From contig NC_068995.1 of assembly GCF_001194135.2 (NCBI RefSeq), positions 32,721,351-32,785,350 on the forward strand: a stretch of DNA of 64,000 bases, in the 5' to 3' direction. Below the pieces are notes generated by a model. That model had not been told where the DNA came from, made no database searches, and saw only the letters and a program-made list of their open reading frames with translations. The position numbers and the translations under genes are program-made. How positions within the stretch are numbered: position 1 is the stretch's first letter; every line of letters starts with the position of its first letter. Source of the stretch: Octopus bimaculoides. Lineage: Eukaryota. Below are positions 25,801 through 36,849 of the stretch, one piece after another.

Positions 25801-26056
25801 GAAATGGCAAGACTGTATGGAATGCGAGAGGGTAATGTAAAAGTGATACCAGTGGTGATTGGAACGTTGGGCTCAATCCCATTGAAACTTCAAAACTTCT
25901 TAAGGCAATTGGAAATCCCATGCAAGACTGATGTCTTGCAAAAAGCAGCCTTATTGGGCACAGCGCACATCTTAAGGAAAATATTATCTGTCTCAGGTCT
26001 TTGTTGTGACTTGACAGATGACTAAAGACTCTGGTGTATTTTTACCTACACTGTGT
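22900..26056 (+). mobile_element. Near full-length, inactivated Dong/R4-clade non-LTR retrotransposon (RT + restriction-like endonuclease)
   Basis: N-terminal HKWTTEEYNTLIEC...ENKLMNQVRVIRRKGYL. RT motifs NYCPIACLNIIWKILT, WIDFKKAYD, RGIFQGDSFSLLLF and HLLFMDDLKLF. C-terminal CRLC zinc knuckle and RLDIVIL...IDAAIP nuclease. Multiple stops and frameshifts; (CAA/CAG)n tail at 26057-26137. Confidence 0.92.
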
Positions 26057-26417
26057 AACAACAACAACAGCAACAACAACAGCAGCAGCAGCAACAACAA
26101 CAACAACCACAGCAACAGCAGCAACAACAACAACAAATGCCTTTGATGCAGAACCAGACAGTGGCTCTCATGGCTTCTAACCTTAACTAATTGAAAGTGT
26201 TAACATTAAGGGAATCAGCATAAAAGATGGGGTATAGTAAAATATTCTGCTCAATAGCACAGATTTGCTTGTCAAAAGTGATAAATGGAATAAATTTAGC
26301 AAAAGATTTAGATATCAGTCAATGAAATAAAATACTTGATGATTATAACAAAGTATAATTATCTGATTGATTGGCTGTCCAAGATGTTCAAAGGTATTTC
26401 AAGCATCTCCTATTTAC

Positions 26418-26551
26418 CTTATAATTAAGATCTTCCTCAGCTAAATCAAACTGCATTAATTTGGTGTCATTTACAGTGTCATCATAAGAGTAGATACGAG
26501 TGGAAAAGTCACAGCTACCAATTGGAACTCGACCAATGTTGTATTCAATTC
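26418..26551 (-). CDS. GBA: Glucosylceramidase exon (human exon 5 equivalent)
   Basis: attccag|GA ATT...AAG|gtaaat encodes (G)IEYNIGRVPIGSCDFSTRIYSYDDTVNDTKLMQFDLAEEDLNYK. 134 bp. Confidence 0.97.
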
Positions 26552-26760
26552 CTGGAATAGGAAAATGGTAAATTATGACAGAGTACAAAACATATTGGAA
26601 TAGAACTGTGAAACACAGAGGAATTATCAAGCATTCTAAAATCAGGTTACATTGCAACAGAATAAAGAACTATTCATACGGAACTAAATAACAAATAAAG
26701 GACTAAAGTACATTTAGGGATACACTGAAATATAATTGTAGTACATCACGGGGTACACTA

Positions 26761-28091
26761 CAGGGTGTTTGGGCTAAATTTTACAATTTTTTACATCTCT
26801 TTTTTTGCAGAAACAGCTTAATGTATTGGTGAAAAGTCAACAGTGTTGGAAAGCATACAGATTAAAGTTGTAGTTGAGGAAAAGTTAGCTTACACGGAGG
26901 ACTGGAAGTTAGCTGAATGTTAGAAAAGAGTTACCTGTATCATGATGACACAGGTATCAAAAATGCCAACACCATGACTGCTGCTCACTGCTTAGCAAAC
27001 ACTGTAATGGTTGTAAGACATAACGACATGAACATCTGCAATGGAGACAACAAAGCTGTGGCCAACAGAAAGAGACACAGCAGGCATTCTGATTGCATCT
27101 ACACACCAGAATTCATCCAACCCTTGATGAACAGTGCCTTTGACTCAATTCAAACAGCTATGTGAAGCTGGAGACTATGGTCAAATGCTGGCTAGAGAGG
27201 GTTGCTACTGGAAGGCCATATATGTGGCAGTAGGATTTAGCTTCTTGGCATTTCTTCAGAAAGAGTCAGAATTGTTGTCAGAGAATTTCTATGACTTTAC
27301 CAGCCTCATTTTCTGGCCTCCTAATTCCCCCAGTTGTAATCCCATGTGTTATTATATATAGGGCACAGTTGAGAAAGACACCAACTCTGCTTGGCCTTAG
27401 TGTTGCAGTTCAGCATGCAGCACCAAGGCCAGGCTGGTGAACAAGATCAAGGTGTTTGCAGATATTTCCAAGGTCACAGTGAAGAATGCATGAACTAGTT
27501 TCCAGAGTCATCTTGAGGTCATATTGGAAGCTGAGGGAAGCTATTTTGAGTAAACTGTTATCTCCTAGTCATCATCATCATCATCATTTAACGTCCACTT
27601 TCCATGCTGACATGGGTTGGACAATTTGACTGAAAACTGGTGAGCTGGGGAGCTACACTAGGTTCCAATCTGGTGTGACATGGTTTCTACAGCTAGATGC
27701 CCTTCCTAATGCTAAGCACTCCAAGAACGTAGCGGGTGCTTTTTACATGCCACCAGCACAGGTGCCATTGACCTGACACTGCTATTGGCCACACGCTCAA
27801 ATGGTGCTTTTTACGTACCATCAGCATGGGTACCAGTCAACTGGCACTGGCATCAGCCACAGCTGCAATTTTACTTGGCTTGACAGGTCTTCTTAGGCAC
27901 AGCATATCACCCAACATTTGATGAGTGATTTTTACGTGCCAGTTACACAACACTGGCATCAGCCACAGTTACAATCTTACTTGGCTTGATGGGTTGATAG
28001 TTTTCGATTTTTTAAAAATACTTTAACTTTTGGATTGTATATTGCTTTCCTTTCCTTTTATGTAAACTGTCAAATTTAGCTGAACATCCTG
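26761..28091 (+). mobile_element. Degenerate Tc1/mariner (maT/DD37D-like) element with nested RTE-like tail
   Basis: TA-flanked imperfect TIRs cagggtgtttgggctaaatt and aatttagctgaacatcctg; FWPPNSPSCNPMCYYI motif. An RTE-type tail with (CAT)n is inserted at ~27572-27990. Confidence 0.8.
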
Positions 28092-28194
28092 TATTTGACA
28101 TGTTGGAAATATAACTGTCATAAAGACACTTTATGACACATTGAGATATAAATAGAGTATGTCAGTAGATATGGTACATCATACTTTGAAATAT

Positions 28195-28366
28195 CATCAT
28201 CATCATCATCATCATCATCGTTTAACGTCCGCTTTCCATGCTAGCATGGGTTGGACGATTTGACTGAGGACTGGTGAAACCGGATGGCAACACCAGGCTC
28301 CAGTCTGATTTGGCAGAGTTTCTACAGCTGGATGCCCTTCCTAACGCCAACCACTCAGAGAGTGTA
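28195..28366 (-). mobile_element. Young 5'-truncated RTE 3' end
   Basis: 7-bp target-site duplication gaaatat at 28188-28194 and 28367-28373; by eye identical to 32272-32450. Confidence 0.85.
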
Positions 28367-29439
28367 GAAATATAATTGATATATTAGAGTTTAGACTATA
28401 TCACACACAGACATATACATCCTCCTCCTCCCCCTCATCATCGTCATCATGATCAACATTGTTGTCAGCTTTCCATGCTGGTATGTGTTAGATAGGTCAC
28501 CATAATCCAAGTTAGATTTTATTAGGAGCAGTTGTTCTCATATACAGGTTGCAGAGCCACATCTTGCTTGTACAACATTTCATTTTTGGCTTGGTTTTTA
28601 TGACTGGATGTCCTCCCTATCACCAACCACTTTACTAATGTGCTGGATATATTTTATCTTGGCACCAGAGAATTTGTCATCTCCTCAGAAAAACAAGAAA
28701 GGAGAGGGCACCCTCAATCCTTCAGTTTCTCTCTATTTTGCCAACCACTTTATCTTAAAAAAAAAAAAAAAAGAGTATCTAGTGTGCTAAGATATGTACC
28801 TTTACTCAGGACAATGAGATCAAGAAAGTGACTGGAACAAAGAGCAATGACACAAAGGTCACCATGAATGGCTGAAGCAAGCAAGAGCACGATGGCCGAA
28901 CAGAGTGACTGATGTGAAATGAGGAGAGAGAAAAATGATTGATAATAGTGAATGGGTGACAGTAGAGTACATTAGCTAAACAGATGTTTACAAAGGCCTT
29001 CAAAAGGGATAGAGTGATGAGGATGATCATAGGAGGATGATTATTGTTATAAGAATGGCATGAATGACAGAAATATAAGAGATGGAGATAAGTGTGTCAA
29101 AGATGTGGGAGAAGCAACAGATGAAAACTTGCATGCATGTTAATTTGGAAGACAGATACTGAAAGAAGCATCTTATATACATTTGAGTACGTGGATGCAT
29201 CTGTTTGTCTCTGTTGCCTTGTCTTGATATAACATACTAATTGTAAGCAACAGCACCATCATACAAGCGGTGTGCTGTGAAAATACATCCAGGCATTCAT
29301 TGTGCTGTTCCTTTTTGAAGGACTTGCAGAAATATTACCTTGCTTGAAAACAGGTAAGGGTTGGTGAGAGAAAGAGCATATTTGGCTGTAGAAAATCTGA
29401 CTGTTTTCACTTTGACATGACCTACAGACCAAGGAAGGA

Positions 29440-30330
29440 CAGTGTCCTGGATTTATACATTAATGTTGGATATGGATGTACTTCATAGACTTCATAAGGA
29501 TTTTTGCCATTCTGGCATCACACAGATGCTTCATTATGTGCTTATCTTCGATATTCTGGAGATGAAGTCAACAGAATGATGTCTACATGCTCAACAGGTG
29601 CTGAGATAAAGCAGAGGTTTATAATCCAACACTTACTCACACGATGAAGGTTCCTCAAGCCTTCAAAAGAATAGGCTTTGGTTTTTAAAGAACCTCTCCC
29701 TTCAACCACAAAAAAAACAATATTTGTTAACCATCATGGGTACATCGTTAAGGTTTCTTTTGCTTTCCCACATGAAGATATATATGACTACTGAAAGCAT
29801 TGTAAAGTACTTATTAAAATTCTTCTCAACTTTTGAAATGCCACTGCACATTCATTCTGATCAGGGTACATCTTTGTGAAGGTGCATGGCTTAGAGGTTA
29901 GGGTATTCAGCTCATGGTTGTAAGGACGTGAGTTTGTTTTTCAGTGGTGCATTGAGTCCTTGAGCAAGACACTTTATTTCACATTGCTCCAGTCCACTCA
30001 GCTGGTAAAAATTAGTAGTACTTGTATTTTAAAAGGCCAGCCTTGTCACATTTTGTATCACACTGAATCTTCCTTAGAACTACATTAAGGGTATACATGT
30101 CTGTGGAGTACTCAGCCACTTGCATGTTAATTTCACAAGCAGGCTGTTCTGTTGATTGGATCAACTAGAACCCTTGTCATTGTAACTGACAGAGAGCCTA
30201 AAACATCTTTCATGCTGAAGGATTTACAACAATTCTTGCACCAACAAAATGTATTTACTAGCAGAACTACTCCTTACAATCCGCAAGGGAATGGACAAAC
30301 AGAATCATACAATGAAATCATAACATTTGA
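29440..30330 (+). mobile_element. Gypsy-type LTR retrotransposon integrase relic interrupted by a SINE
   Basis: Fragments HKDFCHSGITQMLHYV (zinc finger) and HIHSDQGTSF|MLKDLQQFLHQQNVFTSRTTPYNPQGNGQTESYNEII (DDE core). SINE at 29876-30202 with TSD acatcttt. Confidence 0.8.
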
Positions 30331-31275
30331 AACCTTCCAAATGTTCTTCCCAATGCATGTCATTCAATATATTTTCTAATCTTGACTTTAACAAACTGCA
30401 CTTGACATCAACTTCATTTTAACTAACAGTAGAAATCTTCAAGTGAACATCCATCCCTTTGTGACTGTCATCTCTGGGTTACAGGCTGTTCCTGAAGTGT
30501 CACATGAAGCAGTGTAAATATGCCTTCAGTGGAGGAAGTGGAAATTTGGAATGTGAATCCTCATTTTGCAAATGTCAGTTTATCTGATGCTTGGGAGTCT
30601 ACTGTTTCATTGTTGCTTTCAATCTTGTATCTAAACAAGTAGCATCTAAGTCTCACAAACAAATGATGCTTCAGAACACTCCTGAATTCAATGCTTCAAC
30701 ACCTATAATTAATTTAGGTGGCTCTTTTGGATCAAATCATCAGAAGGAGACAAGTTGGAATGTTCGACTTTCTGTAATATTTGCAACTTTTCTTTGTCAC
30801 TATAGTCATTTTAAACACACTGTTTTACTTTTAAAGGATTATGTACAACAGACTTCTCAAAAGTAAAAAACAATAATTTTTTAAATATTTGTTTTTATAA
30901 ATAAAATAAGGTTCTTTGATGCATTTAAATACTTAATCTAGTATTTAGTAGACATGACCTATGCATGATAAACAAGTTTGCAGCATCAGGTAGTGTCTAC
31001 ATAGATAAGACAGTATGGGAGCGGGGCGTTTATTTACTTTTGAGATGTCTGTTTATATATAATTAACGTTTCTGAAGTGTGTTTAATTAAGCTGTTCTAT
31101 GTTGACACAATGTAATTCAATTTGAAAGATGGGGAAAATGAAGTATTAGTTGACATTGTACAACTAAAGTAGCCTCCCTTGTTTTCAGCAACTTACATCA
31201 ATCACAACCTCACTTTCAGCTTTTCTTGTGGCTAGTAGCAAAATAAAAAATAAAACTGAATAAGGTAAACCAGTC

Positions 31276-31309
<34 letters not shown>

Positions 31310-31816
31310 NNNNNNNNNNNNNNNNNNNNNNNNNNNNNNNNNNNNNNNNNNNNNNNNNNNNNNNNNNNNNNNNNNNNNNNNNNNNNNNNNNNNNNNNNNN
31401 NNNNNNNNNNNNNNNNNNNNNNNNNNNNNNNNNNNNNNNNNNNNNNNNNNNNNNNNNNNNNNNNNNNNNNNNNNNNNNNNNNNNNNNNNNNNNNNNNNNN
31501 NNNNNNNNNNNNNNNNNNNNNNNNNNNNNNNNNNNNNNNNNNNNNNNNNNNNNNNNNNNNNNNNNNNNNNNNNNNNNNNNNNNNNNNNNNNNNNNNNNNN
31601 NNNNNNNNNNNNNNNNNNNNNNNNNNNNNNNNNNNNNNNNNNNNNNNNNNNNNNNNNNNNNNNNNNNNNNNNNNNNNNNNNNNNNNNNNNNNNNNNNNNN
31701 NNNNNNNNNNNNNNNNNNNNNNNNNNNNNNNNNNNNNNNNNNNNNNNNNNNNNNNNNNNNNNNNNNNNNNNNNCATCTATTGTTTTCATAATCGGTCATA
31801 ATGTCTTACGTTTAAG

Positions 31817-31930
31817 ATGATTCCCATGCTTTCCCTGATGAGAAGGTTACAATTTTAATATCAAAGATCCCTATGGATCACACAGGTTGTAATCCTTTGA
31901 AACATATGTAGGAATAAAGTATGCAATTAT
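31817..31930 (+). ncRNA. Type I hammerhead ribozyme (Penelope pLTR-type, minimal palindromic stem III)
   Basis: CTGATGA at 31835-31841; stem II gaaggttacaa/ttgtaatccttt; GAAA at 31899-31902; stem III C-ATAT-G; cleavage triplet GTA at 31908-31910. Stem I atgatt..catgcttt-cc pairs with gg..aaagtatg..aattat. Confidence 0.8.
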
Positions 31931-32271
31931 AACATGCGTTTTCTCCAATTCTTAAATTCTTAAATATATTCAAATACCCAAAATTTCAAGGAGTTCCTGC
32001 CTTAAAAACAGGAGCTAACCACAGTTATTTTGTGTTCTTTGCTACATTGGTTTCTATTAACCCATTTATTCTATCAGAAGAATTTTTATTCATTAAGATA
32101 GAAGAAATACACATAATTATATATATATATATATATATATATCACTGAATATTTAATAAGCATTTTTATGTACATGTGTATATATATTAATCTGCCTGTA
32201 CAGCTGACAACTTGCTTGCCACTTGTGATGATATTTTAATAATACCATTCTTCTTATATATATATATATAT

Positions 32272-33098
32272 CATCATCATCATCATCATCGTTTAACGTC
32301 CGCTTTCCATGCTAGCATGGGTTGGACGATTTGACTGAGGACTGGTGAAACCGGATGGCAACACCAGGCTCCAGTCTGATTTGGCAGAGTTTCTACAGCT
32401 GGATGCCCTTCCTAACGCCAACCACTCAGAGAGTGTAGTGGGTGCTTTTACGTGTCACCCGCACGAAAACGGCCACGCTCGAAATGGTGTCTTTTATGTG
32501 CCNNNNNNNNNNNNNNNNNNNNNNNNNNNNNNNNNNNNNNNNNNNNNNNNNNNNNNNNNNNNNNNNNNNNNNNNNNNNNNNNNNNNNNNNNNNNNNNNNN
32601 NNNNNNNNNNNNNNNNNNNNNNNNNNNNNNNNNNNNNNNNNNNNNNNNNNNNNNNNNNNNNNNNNNNNNNNNNNNNNNNNNNNNNNNNNNNNNNNNNNNN
32701 NNNNNNNNNNNNNNNNNNNNNNNNNNNNNNNNNNNNNNNNNNNNNNNNNNNNNNNNNNNNNNNNNNNNNNNNNNNNNNNNNNNNNNNNNNNNNNNNNNNN
32801 NNNNNNNNNNNNNNNNNNNNNNNNNNNNNNNNNNNNNNNNNNNNNNNNNNNNNNNNNNNNNNNNNNNNNNNNNNNNNNNNNNNNNNNNNNNNNNNNNNNN
32901 NNNNNNNNNNNNNNNNNNNNNNNNNNNNNNNNNNNNNNNNNNNNNNNNNNNNNNNNNNNNNNNNNNNNNNNNNNNNNNNNNNNNNNNNNNNNNNNNNNNN
33001 NNNNNNCAGCTATCCTCCTCCATTCTCACCACATGTCCATACCAGCGCAATCGTCTCTCTTGCACGCCACAACTGATGCTTCTAATGTTCAGCTTTTC

Positions 33099-33100
<2 letters not shown>
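32272..33100 (-). mobile_element. RTE-clade LINE 3' portion (gap inside)
   Basis: The minus strand at 33007-33100 encodes LEKLNIRSISCGVQERRLRWYGHVVRMEEDS, an RTE C-terminal RLRWYGHV motif. The (GAT)n tail is at 32272. (TA)n lies on both flanks. Confidence 0.85.
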
Positions 33101-33147
<47 letters not shown>

Positions 33148-33612
33148 GTATGTATGTTTGTATGTGTTATGCAAGCTAACCAGACCTTCAGCATTATGTT
33201 AGAGCATATATATATATGATATCAGATCATATATCTGTGAATGTAAATGTATACATATATATACATATATATGTATGTATTTATGTATATGTCTATGCAT
33301 GCAAGCATGTGTGTGAACGTGAGTGTGTATGGTGAGAGGTCATACAGGTAGATGGCATATCTGTTTTTAGTTTTGTATGTAGGTGAACACTGATTAACCA
33401 TTTAGCATTTAAACAGTCCACATACAGCCAAAATAATCTACCTATTTTCTCTTCAAGCTGGCTAGATCTAGTCTCCCATACCTACCCTATAATGTGGTGG
33501 TAGTGGTGGTAGTGGCAGCAGTGGAATTTGTAGTGGTAGCAGCAGTGGCATTTGTGGTGATCACTTAGTTGAAATGAAAGATTGTTAAATTGAAAGATTC
33601 AAAGAAACTCAC

Positions 33613-33768
33613 CGAGTGGAGAGAAATACGACTGTAGCAATTTCTCCTGAGCAGCTTTTGGTAATGACAATATATTGATTCCAGTTGCATCGGTAAAGGC
33701 ACCACCAAATCCAATAATTTTCTGGAAGGTTTTGTTGTAGTTGATTGACATTGGACTGGCATCTTCAA
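33613..33768 (-). CDS. GBA: Glucosylceramidase exon (human exon 4 equivalent)
   Basis: tttaattag|TT GAA...CTC G|gtgagt encodes (I)EDASPMSINYNKTFQKIIGFGGAFTDATGINILSLPKAAQEKLLQSYFSPL(G). 156 bp; GFGGAFTDA motif. Confidence 0.96.
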
Positions 33769-34190
33769 CTAATTAAAGAGTAAACAAATATAGAAACAGC
33801 TACATGTAGATTTCTAGAAGATGAACAAGGTTTCAGATTTGTATCATTGTAAGGAAAAACAACTGATATTTGCATCTTTTCAATGGTTTTTGGTGACATG
33901 GAGTGAAATGGTTACACTAAGGAATGGAAATGGTGTAATGACATATACTCAGCTCACATCAAATTGTTTTTATTCTACACCATTCACCACAAACAATATA
34001 TGTATTAATAATAAGTGTGTCATAGCTTCTGAAGAAGGAAAAGAAAAGGGAAAATAAGAAAGCTTCTAACAATGCAGAAAGTTTTACAAAAACCTTTATA
34101 TCCCAGGTGCAAAGGCCCATTCTCAGAAGGATGTAGTCTGGGAAATGTCCAGTTACACCAATTCTGTTACCTTGCTCAAACTCCTCAGCA

Positions 34191-35503
34191 TTAGATTAGC
34201 TGCAGCAGCAGCCACTCTCCGAGTGTTGGTGTAAGCAACTCTCCGAGTGTTGGTGTAAGCAACTCTCCGAGTGTTGGTGTAAGCAACTTTCCAACTGTTG
34301 GTTGATGTGATGGGTTAGCATCAGTAGCAGCCACTCTCCAACTGTTAGTGTAAGCAACTCTCTGACTGTTGGTTGATGCAACATATAGTCATGTGGTGGT
34401 GGTAGCATATATTATGATGTTGGTCGCAGTTGCTGTTTTCATAGAAGCCACCGGCTCAAGTTCGACTGTTAATTTTGGGGTTAAGGTAGTGAGTCAATAT
34501 AGCTTTTACATGTAGGTTTCCAACATTCCTTTCTGAGGCCAGTATGGAGGCATCTATCTATTTGGTGGTGTTGCAGCATCTGATCAGGTGTTTGGAGAAG
34601 GAAGACATGTTGGTAGAGAGGTAATCCTTCATTCCAACGCAGAGTGCTCATACTATGCTGCCAATGTAACAGTTGTTGAATTTGGAACATCATATCTGAT
34701 ATACTACATATATATGTAAGCACATGTCAATGTTGCAAATGGGATAGTTTACTAGTGTGTAGAGCTGTTGTTCTGCAAGCGACCACCTTGTTAATAGGTG
34801 TTTACATAAGGATGGTCCAGAATGGGCCAATAGGATGTCAAGTACCTTCCCTGCAGATAGCCTTGTAGACGGCAGTGGTGGTCTTCTCATTGAAGTAGGG
34901 AATCTACAAGAAGGTCTTAGAGAGAACCCTCTTGCGACTTTTAACTGGCCTACATTAGCACATAGAGTTAGTAACAAATATTGGATACCTGTTGGTCTCA
35001 AGTACATTTAGGAAATGAGTAATATGTGTGTTCCAGCTGATATTGTCACTGCATCTTTTGTGTATCCCAGCAATCTCATTATGTATGTAGCTTATCATAG
35101 CCTTGATAGGGAAGGTTGACTTGTAACAGATGAAGAGGTTTCAGCAAGCTGGTTTAAGCAACTGACCAGATGTGGCAGCACCACCAAAGAGACAGATGCC
35201 TACATACTGACCTCAGAGAGGAAAACTGGAAACCTACATAAAAGAACTTACATTGATCCACCACCACACCCCAAAAATTAACGGTCGCTCAAAATTGAGC
35301 CAGTGACTCCTATAAAAACACCACAGTGACTGCAACCAACATCATAATATATGCTGCCACTACCACTACCATGTGACTATATGTTGCATCAACCAACAGT
35401 CAGAGAGTTGCTTTCACCAACAGTTGGAAAGCTGCCTACACCAACAGTTGGAGGTTTGCTTACATCAACAGTTGGAGAGTGGCTACTACTACTGCTAACC
35501 TAA
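34191..35503 (-). mobile_element. Penelope-like element (RT C-terminus + GIY-YIG) with inverted arm
   Basis: Minus-strand fragments MISYIHNEIAGIHKRCSDN...LETNRYP, IPYFNEKTTTAVYKAICREG and VVYQI*CSKFNNCYIGS...SSFSKHLIRC...ILASERNVGNL...NPKINSR. The + strand at 35160-35503 is a diverged inverted copy of 34191-34590. Confidence 0.85.
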
Positions 35504-36360
35504 CACTGTTTATTTGTTTCAATGTTTGTTTCTATGTTCAGTTATAGAAAATAACAATTTTACATTAATCTGATGGGTTACTCTATACTTTTGTAGAATA
35601 CAAATTTATTATTCTTAAACAAGAATGTTATTGACAGTGACTTCGAAGTTTCAGACAGCATTCAAACAATGGCTTAGCTGGCTGAAACTTAAAAGTCACT
35701 ATCAACAACATTCTTGTATAAGAATTATATNNNNNNNNNNNNNNNNNNNNNNNNNNNNNNNNNNNNNNNNNNNNNNNNNNNNNNNNNNNNNNNNNNNNNN
35801 NNNNNNNNNNNNNNNNNNNNNNNNNNNNNNNNNNNNNNNNNNNNNNNNNNNNNNNNNNNNNNNNNNNNNNNNNNNNNNNNNNNNNNNNNNNNNNNNNNNN
35901 NNNNNNNNNNNNNNNNNNNNNNNNNNNNNNNNNNNNNNNNNNNNNNNNNNNNNNNNNNNNNNNNNNNNNNNNNNNNNNNNNNNNNNNNNNNNNNNNNNNN
36001 NNNNNNNNNNNNNNNNNNNNNNNNNNNNNNNNNNNNNNNNNNNNNNNNNNNNNNNNNNNNNNNNNNNNNNNNNNNNNNNNNNNNNNNNNNNNNNNNNNNN
36101 NNNNNNNNNNNNNNNNNNNNNNATATATATATATGAATAGCCAGTTAAGCATCACTCCCAGGTACATGCGCTAACATTTGTTTGCTTTTTATGTGGTGGA
36201 TATTTGCAGCAAATATTATTTTCATGAAAAGTCAAATATGAAGAGTCAAAATAGAAATTTTACAGAATCTACTTTAGTGAATCCCAATTTTAAATTCAGG
36301 TCAGCTGAATTCAAATTTTATTAAATAAATAAAGTGATGAAGAACTTTTGAAATACTTAC

Positions 36361-36546
36361 TATTTGATTTTTTAAAACTGCCTGTACAATTTGATAGACG
36401 AAAGTTTCTCTTATCTGTTACAATGGTTACATATCTACCAATGTCAAGTTTTTCAATATTTGGTACAGTATCACAGTAAGTAGAGTTGCAAACACATACA
36501 AAGGAGCCAAAATTGTAATTCCTTGGATAGCAAAGCTTTAATTCAC
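36361..36546 (-). CDS. GBA: Glucosylceramidase exon, start of mature protein (human exon 3 equivalent)
   Basis: atatttccag|GT GAA...AAT A|gtaagt encodes ELKLCYPRNYNFGSFVCVCNSTYCDTVPNIEKLDIGRYVTIVTDKRNFRLSNCTGSFKKSN. 186 bp; VCVCNSTYCD matches human VCVCNATYCD. Confidence 0.96.
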
Positions 36547-36849
36547 CTGGAAATATTAAAAAAGATAATATATTTGTCAGTGCCAGAATATTGAGCAAAA
36601 GTATAGTAAAATAGCAGTCACAGTTGGTTAAGAATGGTTGCAAGAGAAAACTTCATGGTATGTGTGGGTGGGAGTGCAATTTGCTATGCTTGAGAAGACA
36701 CATCAAGCTTAGTGAAATTGTAGTCATGGCCAGTGTTGGTGATGCATAAAAGGCATCCATGCCCGTAACATGTAATAGGCACCTGTACCACACCTTGAGA
36801 TAAAAAGAACAGATCCTATACACTATAGATGTTTCCTGCAATCAAACCT

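Noticed and set aside
34140-34190. Degenerate hammerhead at the end of the Penelope left arm (minus: CTGAGGA...AGAATTGGTGTA)
   Set aside because: GAAA is not intact, stem I is unconvincing, and the motif is not conserved in the right arm.
36547-36643. Hydrophobic in-frame extension upstream of GBA exon 3 (LQPFLTNCDCYFTILLLNILALTNILSFLIFP) as a signal peptide
   Set aside because: There is no in-frame ATG (TGA just upstream, TTG start only). It overlaps the T-rich polypyrimidine tract of a good acceptor.
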